Of a DNA stretch of 64,000 bases, positions 37,785 to 50,839 are shown piece after piece. Position numbers and translations under genes: made by a program. Numbering within the stretch: position 1 is the stretch's first letter; every line of letters begins with the position of its first letter. Below the pieces are notes generated by a model. It had not been told where the DNA came from. It saw only the letters and a program-made list of their open reading frames with translations, and made no database searches. The stretch lies in NCBI GenBank assembly GCA_037379345.1, contig CM074520.1, positions 33,080,664 to 33,144,663 of the forward strand, in the 5' to 3' direction. The stretch comes from Perna viridis. Its lineage: Eukaryota.

Positions 37785-40700
37785 TTAGACCCTAACAACT
37801 CTGGTGACTTCCCGTGAGACGGACATGGATCGTGATCTACGGACGGCTGTAAGGTTCTTTTCGGCCATATCGGCTCTCTGCTCGGCTTCATCGATCATAG
37901 ATTGAGCTTTGCGGTATTTGTTCATTGTGATGTTGGCAACATCCTCCTGTAATTCAAAACGATTCAGAGATAAGACAACGGTTACAACAATATGTAAAAG
38001 AACAATATTTTATCAAATTAAAGCACATTTATGTAATATTTTTTCTTCATCTTATATTATAGTTCTAAAAAAATTAAGGCTAAATGTCACTTAAATGGAT
38101 TAAGAGGTCGATTGATAGGTACAACGCCTGTGGCAGATCCCATGGGGGATGCCGGGGGTTGGTACCCCATTTTTTTATTGGAACATTTGTCATTTTCATG
38201 TAAAATTGACAAAAAGTGGTAAATAATGTCCTTGAACCCTTTTCCCGAGGAACCGCGGCTGGCACCCCTCCTTTTTAAAGTGTTGGATCCGCTCCTGAAC
38301 GCCTACAGTGAAAAAAATTAAATTGAAAACTTACAGCCTCCTCGATCATCCTCTTGTATGTCTTGCATTTCATTGTGAGCTGATCTGTGAGGCTAGTGAG
38401 CTCAGCAACTTGGCGACGGTCATCATCAGCTTGTTGTACAACCTCCTTCCATTGGCGTTCGAATTTACGGGCAGATGCAGCGGCCTCTCTCAGGCGCCTC
38501 TGGTCGGCTTCAAGCTCATTTTCCAAGTCACGGATCTGGAAAGGTATAAATGATTGCATTACATAGTATGCAATTCGAGTACAACACTAGTTATTATATT
38601 TTTTTCTATTCAGAAAACCATCATGCTATGTGTTTATAAACAATTACAGACTGGCTTTCTTCTTGTTTGATGCAAAACTTGCAGAATTTGCATAGTTTGT
38701 TGTTCATGTATTAACAAATTAAAACACACTTACTCTGGCCTGGAGTTTGGCAATCTGTCTCTTTCCTTCTCTCTGGGCGAAGGCTTCAGCCTCTTCCAGT
38801 CTGACGGTAATTTCTCTGATCTCGATCTCGAGTTGTTTGCGGAGGGATTCGGCATTCTTGTAGTTCTCCTGTTCTTGTCTGAGCTCATCAGCAAGTCTGT
38901 TGACCTCAGCCTGGAGACGGTCAGCACGTTCCTCAGCGGCTCTCTGGGCGTTAAGGGCATCATCAAGATCGCTCTGCATGGCGGCGATATCGGCTTCTAT
39001 GCGGCGTTTGTCGTTGGTGAGGGCAGTAACTTGGAGTTGTACTTCAGTAAGACGGGCGCTGACTTCTCCGAGTTCGTTCTCGGCGTTCTTGCGGGCTCTC
39101 TCGGCCTGTAAAGGTGATGATATAAAATTAATTAGTGTATTAAATTAAAATGAATAATGCTGGGTACATCATTTCTTTAAATGACTTATCACTAGACCAA
39201 AATACAAAAATGACATAGTATTTTTATTATTTTTTAACAGGTCTCTTAAGCAATGAACTTCTGAAAAAAATCGATGTAGTGAATCAACAACTCGCATAAT
39301 AAGATAAGATGATTCATCGAAAAATGTTCATCTTATTTTATATTTGCCATTTATCATCAAAACATACGGTGCCATAACTAGTTTGCTGAAGGCTGCTGGC
39401 ATTCTAATGTTGACTGATAAGAAATACTAATTACATCTTAGTTTCAACACTAAAATGCTAAGACTCATCCTTATGCTAAGATTCATCTTTATGATCGATT
39501 AAAATCATTTGGAACAGATTCCTAAATTGACTTACATGCTCAAGGAGAGATCTGGCATCCTCCAACTCCTGTTGGATGGCAATACGTTTCCTCTCAGAGA
39601 TGGACAGTTGGTTTCTGGCATCATCCAATTGACGCTGAGTTTCCTCCAATTGGAGTTCCAATTCCTGAAGTGAACAATATATAACACCTTACTGAACTTC
39701 TGATGCATAGTTGTGTCAGAACAACGTCCGAAGCATAACATGTCCAATATGGTCGCTAAGGTTTGGATTCATTTTCTTTCAATTGAAGTTATTCGATTAT
39801 AATCTTAAAAGTTGAACGATTTAACATGATATAACATAAATAAATTATAAATTGTATATAGCTGGTAAGTTAAAAATCACGACGCTAAGGAAAATTGGTA
39901 ACAAGTCCATACTTTCCAATAACTGGAAGTCACTACTTCTCTAAGCATAAAATGAAAGTGTTACTTACCCTGTTTCTGTTCTGAAGACTCTTGATCTGTT
40001 TAAGGTATTCAGCATTGGCTCTGTTGGCGTTGTCCAAGGCACCTTCAAGTTCACGGATGTCAGTCTCGTATTTCTTCTTGATTCTTGTGATTTCGGTCTT
40101 GTAGCGTGTTTCTACCTCAACAAGTGTTCTCTGGAGTTCATCAATTGCACGGGCACTGCTCTTTCTGGAAATGGATAAAAGAAAGAATAAGGTTTCGGTT
40201 TTCTTACGAAGCAAAAACAGCTAATATTTTCATATCAAGGGGATCCTTTTGATTATGATAATTCCATAAGAATATTAAGTTTTTTCTCTTATTTTACGAA
40301 AAGAAATTCCATCCACACTTTTACATAGTAATTATCCGTTTGAAGCGCTTTCCAAAATAAAACCCTAACATATCTCATTTGACATCTAATTGAAATCTAA
40401 TTGAATTAAAGTCCTAACGTGGCAATAGGAACCGCAGCAAAAGAGTGAGAAAGAGAAGAACGCCTGCTAGCCATTGCGAAAAGTCAGCAAAATGAATGAA
40501 TGAAGTTTAAAAAATCTTGATAAAAATTTGATGTATTTTTGGAAAAATCTTATTAAATACCGCTGTGAACTGACCTTGCACACAGCAAATTCTCTGATGA
40601 GGATTAGAGTGTAGCTTATCTTCCTTATCATCGAGGTTGTATTTCTAAGACACTTCGAAGATGTTTCCTTATCTCAAAAATGCATCTCGCAATAAACACG

Positions 40701-43700
40701 AGTGCGTCATTATAGCTTATCTTTATTATTATTTTCGAAAATCCCGATATCTAAGAATTATGCAACTCCTACACCACTCTCTGTTGCTATGTAACGTATT
40801 CGGTATTTATTTGTTACCATGGTAACACCTGTTTATGAAGTTTTGAAATCGGTCGATTCTCTAAAATTTGCAATATCATTAAGCACCAAATATCAATGTC
40901 ATCCGTTCAAAAATTAGTCAGTCGTCACATGGTTCCTTTTCTCGTGTTTTGTACCGATGTTTTCTAAACCTTTTAACTGGTCAATGTGTCAATTAGTGTG
41001 TAAAAATTACCTGATGCTGTCAATTTCTTCGTCCTTCTCGCGAAGTCTCTGTTCCATCTCGGCTCTTAGTTGGTTAAGAGCGGCCTGGGCAGCGGCAAGT
41101 TTGGCTTCAGCATCACGGAGGGCTTCTTCTGTGTCACGGAGGGCAGCAGCAAGGTTATCGCGCTCAGCCTCTAATTGAGCCTTGAGGGCGGTGAGCTCGT
41201 TGATCTGTCTATTGGCACTCTTCAGTTCGTTCTGGGCCTCGCGGAGAGCAGCTTGTAATTGACCATTTTCTCTTTCCAAGTTGCCGTTCTTCTCAGCGAG
41301 TTCAGCATTGGCGACCTTGAGCCTGTAGACTTCTTGTTCAAGGTTAGCCTTGTCATTTCTGAGTTGAGCATTCTCAGCACCGAGCTCGTCACATCTCTTC
41401 TGGAGGGCGGCATTGTCGTTCTCCAATTGTCTGTTCCTCTTTGTGAGGTCTTGGACAATGATTTGTGTCTACAAATGATAAGAAAACAACATATCTTTAT
41501 GTATGAAAGTTTGATAAAGGTCATTTTTAAAAAATGTCTTCTTGGAGTCAGTTACATTTCAAAAAAGCCATATGACTAAACTTCATTTTGAACTACAACG
41601 AAAGAAATACTGATTCACAGATTTTCTTAAGTTTTAAGTGATGTTAAACTCACGTTCTCGAGTTCGATGGTGATTTCTCTGATCTCAGCTGTAAGTTTGT
41701 TCTTGGTTTTCTCAAGGCTGTTACATCTGGTTCTGAGCTGTTCACAGTTGTCCTCAAGCTCTTGGATTCTGACGCTCAACCTACGCCTAAAATTTAGTAA
41801 GGATTCGTCATTATATTTTGCTCGTGTCTTAATTTACCTGTGTATTATTCCGTATTTGTGACGTGCTGATACAATAATGTGGTTCAAAAGATTTATATTA
41901 CTTAATGAAACATTTACAAGACAATATTCCATAGTCTATTTTCACTTAAAAAGCTCACATTTAATTCGAAAAAAATCTTTACTAAAAACATAAGCTCCCT
42001 TTTAAAGATTCACAAGTACAAAGAACAAATTTTATGAAAAGAGGTTCTTACTTGATTTCCTCAAGTTCCTCTTGCTTGGCAATGAGTTCTTTGTCGTATT
42101 TGGTCTTGAGGGCTGCGTAGTCAGCGTTGACCTTGCTCAGTTGGGCACGGAGGTTGGAGGCGGCTTCAGATTCTTCTTCATAACGGGCGTTCAAGTTGTC
42201 ATAATCAGACTGGAGGGCTGCCAACTGTACCTGAAGGTTTTGTCTTTGCTAAAAAGAAAAAAAAAGACCGTATTATAAATTGTCAAATCTCGCATTTTTC
42301 TTTATTTTGTAAAATATATTACAAAGGTGTGGGAGATTGGGTCAATAGCGTAAATTTGTCTTTAGTTTGTTTCAGGGTTATCTCTCTTTTCATTATTATT
42401 TTTGTACTTTGATAGAAGTAAAAATTTCTTTTAGACATCATGGATTTATCTCTCTTTGTTTATGAGACAAACTTACTCTGCTCTCGTCGTCAAGATTCCT
42501 CTTCAAATCGTCACACAGAATTTGAAGTTGGGCCTTGGCTTTGGCGAGACCAGCATTGGCACCATCCAGCTCTTGTACTTGGTGTTGAAGATCGAAATTT
42601 TCCTGGGTGAGGCGGGCCTTGGCGGAGTTGGCATCGTTCAATTGGCGGGTGAGGTCATCAACGTTGATCTTGAGGCGGCCGTTGGATCCTTCAAGAGCGT
42701 CGATTTTGGAATCAGCAGACATCTGAAGGAAAAACGTATGTGATTGTGATTGTGGTCAATTCGTTTTCTTTTCTTGGACGATGTAGCAGCATTTCATAAT
42801 TAATCAGAGAGGATGTTGAGAAATTTATACTATATATATTAAAAAAATGTCGTTGACTTTGACTACTTGTTTGTGACAACTTCAATGTTCATTTTGCAAT
42901 GTTTTATAACTCGGAGCTGTTGCTATGTTTGGGTCAAATGACAAATATTTTACTGACCTTAGCTTTCTGGAGACCATCGTTAATGCCTTGGAGTGAGTCA
43001 ATCTCGATGATCAACTGATTCTTTTCTTTCTCGGCTCTGAAATTAAGAAACATTTATCAACTCGAGAAAAGGAAATATGAATACCAAGTCATAACTATTC
43101 TCTTCTAAGTTACCGAAAAAAAACCCTAAAACTAAAAAAAAAAAACATCAACAATATGAAGTTTTCAATGATCAAGAAATATATGTATAATTTCCAATTT
43201 CTATTTTCGTTCTTAATGTCCTTCTCATTATTAATTCCACTGTTTCTGAATTCTTGAGTAAAACTGTTTGTAATCTATATATTGGAAATATTCGCACCTA
43301 GCTTTGGCTTTTCCCATGTGTTCCAGTTGGTCTGTCAGATCGTTAAGTGCCTCCTGGTGCCTCCTCCTCATATTGGCTTCAGTGGCCTCAAATTGGGCGC
43401 TGGCAAGTTCCAAATCTTTGCGGACCTTGCTTACTTCAGCTTCACGTTTCCTGCTAACCTCACTCTGTAAAATGATAATAGAAAGTTTTCAATTTGTGTC
43501 CGTTCTCAATATATAGTTCATGTATTTGACTACAGTTCATTATTACTTTCAAATAAGTTATTTAGCATCATTTTATGTAATTAACAGTCAATAACCCGTT
43601 CGGTGATAATAAGAAAAAATCCATTCAATTTTACAATTAACAAAAAAGTGGCTACAATCTTCAATTTACTCACAAATGTTGTTGATGAGCCGATAGCCTC

Positions 43701-46700
43701 CTCGAGTCTGTCTGAAAGTTGATCAAGCTGGAAGGTCAGCTCCGCGCTTTGTTTTTCATACTGAAATTAAAATGAATTCATATATTAAAAATAAGAGAAC
43801 TGGGATTTGGACAAGAAAGGAGCATTAAGAATGAGAGAATTGATAGGGAGCGAGACAAAAAAAACTTTAAAGATATTTCATATAAAATACAATATTTTCA
43901 TGAATAATGATTTTAGGAGAATCAGAAGAAGAAAAGACGTTTTGATTGTTGATAACGTTCTAGATAAATTTTAGTATAAAGTAAGGGTAATGTAATCTTA
44001 AGACAAAATTTTCTGCATATCTACGTTGTTTTAGTTTAACCTTTTAATAAGTTCGGTTTTCCATGTGGGTTAATTCATTTTACATTTCGACTTCTGTAAT
44101 GTTTCTATTAATTCTTAATGCGATTGCGCCTCTCATTTTGTTTTTGCGTCTGTGTTCATTTATAAAAGACCTGTTTATTTCTGTCTGTTTTTTACGTTTA
44201 TTCCATTAAATGATGAGACAGATGGAATGTCAAGAATGTAGATTCATGGTGTATTGGGTTTCTCTGAATTACTAAAATAGGATTTTGACGTCTTCCGTGA
44301 TCGCTGAGCAATACTTGGCAACCGATTGCACTCCTACGCGACCGAATATTGATCAATATTTAAATCAATCAATCAATTCACACTGAGTGTAAAGATTAAA
44401 AATGATTAACTATAAAAATGCTTTTTGAATATCTCGCAGTGGTTTAGGTATTCGTAAATGAATCGGTGGTTGATAGTAAAGATTACATTTGACTTTTCTA
44501 AAAACATTATTTAGCTATCATAACGATCATTCATTTTATAAGAATTTCTGGCATTCCCTAAGTCTATTGATTTTTAATGATGAAAAGCAGCTGCCAAGAG
44601 CGAAATCTACACAGATAAAACATATGGTTTTCATATCTGATGCACACGCCTGCACGTGCATAATGTTTATGATATAAATATGTAACTCATAGACGAGAAT
44701 AGAGTTGATTATACGGACAATAAGGAAGCACTTTATGATGCATCAATCTGTTGATGTCCCGTGGTTACGATTGTCTGTTCGTTTGTTTGCTTTCTAAATC
44801 ATTGCCTGAAGCAATACCCTGGTTGACGGTTCTAGCGCAAAATATAATTTGAAAAAGTCTCAGTCAAATGTAAAACCCAACATTATAAGTAGTACTCCAG
44901 CTAAGGATCATGCAAAATGTGGTTAATGGGTAAAAAGCCTACATATTTTTATTTTTGATATTTTGTTTGAAATGTCGTAGTAACCAGAAAATAACATGTA
45001 GTTTTTCATATAACCCGTGCTCTTAGGAGATAAAAAAAATATATAGAATTTTTAAATTTTAACCAATGGTAACGGATTCATTCTATCTTTTGCTATACTC
45101 ACCCTTAATCTTAACTCCCTCTCGGAATCCAAGGCATCCTCCAGTTCACGGATTCTGCCCTGTAAATACATTAAATCAAAAGAATTATTGAAACATTTTG
45201 AATGACGAAATATGAGGATAGGTATAGTAGTAAAAAAGGGGGGTCATAATAACGAATTGTGAAATACTAATACGTGTTAGCAGAAATTGTGTCATTCACA
45301 CTTGATTAATCTAGATATGTACTTAGTTAATGAAATATGGAAAAGAAAGGTCACTTGAAAATTTCAAGGTAAAAGTTAAGTAGAAAAGTGCTAATTCAAA
45401 TGAAATTTTCTGAGGGTTCTTTAACAATAATACATGAACAGTTATAACAATTTATAAGAAAAGAGTTGGCCAATGCCTTGAAAATTTTCTATTTCAATCT
45501 GAAAAGGGAACGAACCACACACATCACATATTAAAAATATTGAGAAGGACAATCATGCAAGTAATAAGTAAATAACAAAAAAAAAACAACACCGCGATAG
45601 CTTTTCCGAAACAAAATAGGACACACAACACTGAGTAGATCGCTTAAGTTGTAGAAAATAGATATTGCAAATTGGTTATGGAAAACTTAATATTTGGAAG
45701 GCATCTAATATAGGAAGATGTATACTGGATATGTACTCCTAGGAGTATCTTACAGTGTAGGTTGTGATAAATGTGCGAAAGAAGGCTAAGGAATTGTGTC
45801 TCGGTATGGTGGCAATAGTAAGGTAATGTGGTAAAAATAGATCAAGGTGTGTCGTTTGGTCTGTTGGATTCATCGCCACCAAATACCTGTAATCGAGTTT
45901 CTTCCTCTTTGAAAAATCTTTGTTGCACATTTTCAACTGTTGTTACTTGCATACTTTGGGGAGCGGGAACTTTTTCTGCTCTTTTTACAACTTTTTTGAT
46001 AATTGTTTTTCTAACTATATTATCCCCGTCTGTTTCATCATTCTCAGTAACTGTCTAGGAAATTAAAAGTGGTATCAAGGAAAGAAAATTTAATTAAGTT
46101 ATAATTCGATACTACTGAAATAAATTTAAACGGAAACTGAAAAAGAAAATCAACTTTAGGAGATTAACCGAATTACTAAATATGTATGTATGAAGAGATT
46201 TTCTTACAAAGGCCATTTGGAATATTTTGTGTCCTTGCTACGAATTAGCGGAATTATACTCAGAATCTGAGTTCAGCTGTGAAGTCCATAGAAATATTAA
46301 TTATATTCGTTCTAATGGTGCTATTAATGCAAATTCATATAAAATAAGTCAGTCTGTAGAAACAACAAGCCTAAGGGATAAACAAACAAACAATATTTGC
46401 CTATGTCATAACACATTAGGGTGTTGCTGTATAAACTACAGCTTCAGAACCAAATAAGACAAATTCTTGGCACCGGTTCCAATATAAATTGCTTAGAGTC
46501 AAGCGAAAGGAAGAGATGTAAGTGAGATTATTAATAACCCCCCCCCCCAACCAGGAAGAGTTCTCTCTATAGTTATAGATACAATGGTACATGACATTTA
46601 ATTTGTGTGATTCTTTTGATTTAATTTCAAGGTAGAAAAGTTAAAGATCAGTTTAGGTCTAGAAATTTCTCAATTTTATGTGAACTATTATGATACACGA

Positions 46701-48226
46701 TTATCATAAAAAAAGTTCAAATTCTTTGAAGAAATTCTTTTTCTGTCAAGTTGAATCAAATTAATAACCCCAGGTTTAGTTGTACAAGTCTCAAACAATG
46801 TACTTTTTTTACTCGTTTGAAATCATTTCTATTTTGGAAAAAATACATTTTTATCTAAGTAGAATTTCGCAAAGTCCAACATTCAAGGTGTATTTTATGA
46901 TTTATCTATCAAAAGTTTATTTACTTTTATGAAGTTATGTTGAAAAGTGATATTCCATTCGGTTATCAGTTTTAGTTACATGCTCTATTGACATCAAAGT
47001 TGCTTGGTCATCCAATTAGTTTTATTAATCAAGTATCAATAAATAGCATCTTTGTTTTGTCTAAAAACAACATGTAAATAATCTCAATAATGCTTCCTTC
47101 CCTTATTGTAACAGCGTGTAATGCAATTCCCGACGATAATTGTAACATCTGCCGAGCGCATCCTCCGATGACCAAAATAGGCGTGGATTCCAATGGGCGG
47201 AAATTGTCGATCAATCACGAAGATGATAGCTTAGATCAGCAATATGATATGACCTTGTATGACCTTTCTTGTACGCAAATTTCTATAAGATAATTATTGA
47301 ATTGATTTATAAAGCAATGATTTGATTACATAATCTTTTACATGTTATATTTTAAGTTATCATGAATCAGCTTTAATCGGAATAAGCCTTGTCTTTACTG
47401 TAATTCCAATTAAAGTCGTGTTTCGAATCTCTTCACGCCAGTTTTCCCAAATTACAAGATCATGAAAGATAAGCTAGGCAAATGATTCTGATATCATCGT
47501 GAATGTACTTAAATTCCAAGAGTGTTTCGTCTGAACATGCTGTGCATAGTATCATGTGGTGCTTCTGTTTACTTTTATTTGTAAACAGGTGATTTATCAT
47601 TTTTGCTACGTAAAAATTATGCAAGATAAGATAGAACTTCCAAAACATTCAAAATGGAATGTGATTTGCGTCACTACTAGAACAATCCTTTGCTATGTTT
47701 AGAAATTCCATTCTAGGTCATGTTTTACTTCTTTTTCGAGTTAGGAAAGCCTAAATTGCATTCAAAGCACTGTTCATATCCATGATTGAAGTTTTAGTCC
47801 TTTAGTTTGGTGTAACAAGCAGTTTTAAAGAAGCTTTGCATGAGAATCCATATAAACTTTTAATCTTCTTCACTTGATAGTGTTATCATAATCCGCTTAA
47901 TGAAGTCCAAAGCATAAGCAAGCACTTTTTGACAACACATAGCTAATAAGGGCTCCATATTTCAAAACATCAAATAATAATTGCAGGTACAGTGCAGTGT
48001 GGTTCCCGAAAGCAAGGAAAACTTAGTTGAAACGTTGCTGAAACATTTATATTAAGCAAGCGAAAGACGATCACATAAAGCTTTAACAAATAAAATTTTT
48101 CACACCAGTACTCACCTCCAGGCGGTTTTGGGTACCCGGGGAGCTTCCCCTGTATACATTGTATGTATGTCTAACAATACGTGTTGATGTGCTAACATCA
48201 GAATCGAGATCACGCAACAGAGACAT
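37785..48226 (-). CDS. Prm: Paramyosin, 864 aa; exons 48226-48116, 45159-45103, 43760-43674, 43464-43298, 43036-42958, 42722-42477, 42248-42052, 41786-41654, 41468-41011, 40164-39969, 39664-39536, 39105-38734, 38535-38335, 37946-37785
   Basis: Head [52 protein letters not shown], myosin-tail-type coiled coil, and C-terminus [18 protein letters not shown]. All 13 introns are GT-AG with matching phases, and the total is 2595 nt. Confidence 0.97.
45887..46216 (-). CDS. Prm: Alternative paramyosin N-terminal exons (46216-46208 MAF; 46054-45887, 56 aa), giving an 886-aa isoform
   Basis: ATG GCC TTT|gtaaga...ttttaatttcctag|ACA GTT ACT...ACT CGA TTA CAG|gtattt. The 168-nt exon is stop-free and phase 0/0, and ends ETRLQ, paralleling QNRLE of exon 1. 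Confidence 0.75.
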
Positions 48227-50839
48227 TTTGAATATCTGTCCTAGTACAATATAATCACAAAAGTAAAGGTATTAAAAAACTGATGCGAAATGGAGCTATC
48301 CTTCCCCACTGCTCGACACAGGCTTTGTGAGGCTAACTATATCTTGAACGCCCGAATGAATGGTTTAAATACTGCCCTTGAATATACATATATATCGCCT
48401 ATTCGACACTAGAGGGCGCCAATCGCAAAAGTATGTTGAAGATGGCTTGAAACGCGATACGAAGATTCAAGATCTATGGAAGATACCACGCGCGTTCCCC
48501 GTTGCTAGGGAGGTCGTGTGCTTGCGCGTCATAGTAAATGCTCACTTAATTTCTTTCTTAATCAATGTCAATCGGTTAATGTTTACCTTGTTGCAAGGAA
48601 AAACACCGATGAAAAAAAATTGTTAGGACTTCCCCTTCTATTCAGGTAAACACACCTACCCCCAAATTTGGGATGCACGCGTAGAACGTGTTCTTGACTA
48701 ATGTAATTACAATAGAGTGACGAATTAGAAAGTTTTCCTCGTAACAATAATGAAAATGTGCATATTGTGTATTAAGCAGTGTGTGTCAAGAGATACAAGT
48801 AATTTAGGTACCCAAATAAGTATCATAGCCGCGTGTTCGCTAGTTTCACTTTCTCTAAAAACGACTGTGCTGACTTCCGCATTGTAAATAAGAAATAAAT
48901 TGTTAATTATTTAATTAGTGGACAAAAATCTCTGTAGTTTGCATGTTTTGTTTTGTTTCTGTGTTGTGTACCTTTGTATTATGAGGGTAGCTCGAGTTCT
49001 AATTACATAATCATGAAGCACTTAGTGAGTTTTTATCTGGAACGAAGATAGAGTGCCTGATAGTTGCTATCGATAGAATCTCTCTATCAATGCCTTTGCT
49101 TCAAAGCGCCATCTTCAAGTGTTAAATATTTCGTTCTATGGTCGTGCTAAAGGCAGTGTTACATTTTCTACCTTTTTTTAAAAACAAACATTAAATGATG
49201 GCGACATATAGTAATTACAGAAATATGGATGTTATAAATTATGGAAATATTTCTTAAAATATCAACATGAATATTCATACAACTGTCGATGGCTGAATGA
49301 AGTATATGCTAAATGAATGTAATTTCGGATTGTTTCATGTATTGCTTTTTTTTTAACTTTGTTCTGTAGTAAAAAAAAGGTCCGACATGTAGCAATTGAT
49401 CACAGGCAAGTGACCTCTTGCATTGTATGACTTTAGAATTATGATATCAATACTAGTTTTATTTGGTCTATGAATAATGTACCCAATTTTATAAATTTCA
49501 ATTTTAAAATGCATTTAGTATTTTATTTTTCGAATAGATTTTTATTTATATATTTCAGGAAATCCGGGTCTCTTCTATCAAAACTGACATACCAAGGAAC
49601 ACCCACGTGCGCAGGTGCAGGAACAAATATAAACATAAACAAAAGACTAAGAAATGGCTGCAACAGACTGATCCAATTATCAAAATGTCAATATCATTTA
49701 ATTAGTATAAACAGACAGGGTCGGTGCTCTTCTTGATCCGATTTGTTTTACGGAAGTCAGGCATAGGTACTGAGACAGAATAACGAGTCTTGCGTCATGT
49801 GATCAAAGAATTATTTTGTTAATCCTTTTCTCTTAATCCCTTTGATTACCAGTTTTATAATGCAAAAATCAACTACCAATATGTTACGTTTACATGACAT
49901 CAAACAGGAAATAACACGTTATTTTCTTTGATCATGAACATTGTTTTACTCATTGTGTTTGAATCAATTGGAGAACATTTTAAAATCTTAAATTGCCAAT
50001 TTAAAGACCGTTTACTTGTAACTCTTTTTGTTAAATGTAGCCACGATATAACACAAGATATCGTTTATATTCACGAATATTCGTTATGAAAAAAAAAAGA
50101 TAGAAAGAGTTGATATACCACATGCACCCTGGAAGTTATTTTTGTTCGTTACCGCTGATTATCTGACAAACGGCAATTAATTCTGTACAAATTACTTGTA
50201 GCATCCGTCATATAATTAATTTTCGGCAAAGATTTTCTCAGATTGAGCACAACCTCTGTTATACATATGCCAGAACCCTAAGATAAAGTGAAGCTATAGA
50301 TTTGTCTCTTTCCATAATAATATTTGATACAATATCGAGAACAAAAAAAAGCTGTGTTTGAGTATTTTGTTTGTGTTTTTTTTTGTTCAAGAGTTAGTCT
50401 GCATAAATATATAGACCAGTTGATTGAAAAATCGTTTTAATAATTTATTTTTCACGAACTTAAATCGGAAGGACTTAATTTGGCGAATTGTTGTTTTCTT
50501 TTTAACTCTTTCGGTAGTAATAATTTCCACCTATTAAGGTTGATTTTTTACTGATATTGCGACAGAAATAAATTAAATTTGAATATTTTATCTTCAAGGA
50601 ATGGCTATTTTTTAATGTATTTTTGGAAGTGAAAACAATTCTGGCTGTTCACACTGAGAAAGATCCACTTTTAATGAAAGTTATACATTTTGGCTAAAAC
50701 TCTATGTTGTGTATTTTTTTTATGTTTTGTGTTCTACGATGTGTTCTTCGCATGTTCCAGTTGGTGTTCCTGGTGATGTTTTTGCCCAATGACTTCCCCT
50801 TGTTTGAATTAATATACCTCTCCATCAACTTGAATTATC

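Noticed and set aside
40590-40640. CTGATGAG as a possible hammerhead ribozyme core (also 11051)
   Set aside because: No stem II followed by GAAA and no compatible stems I/III were found, only a weak hairpin.
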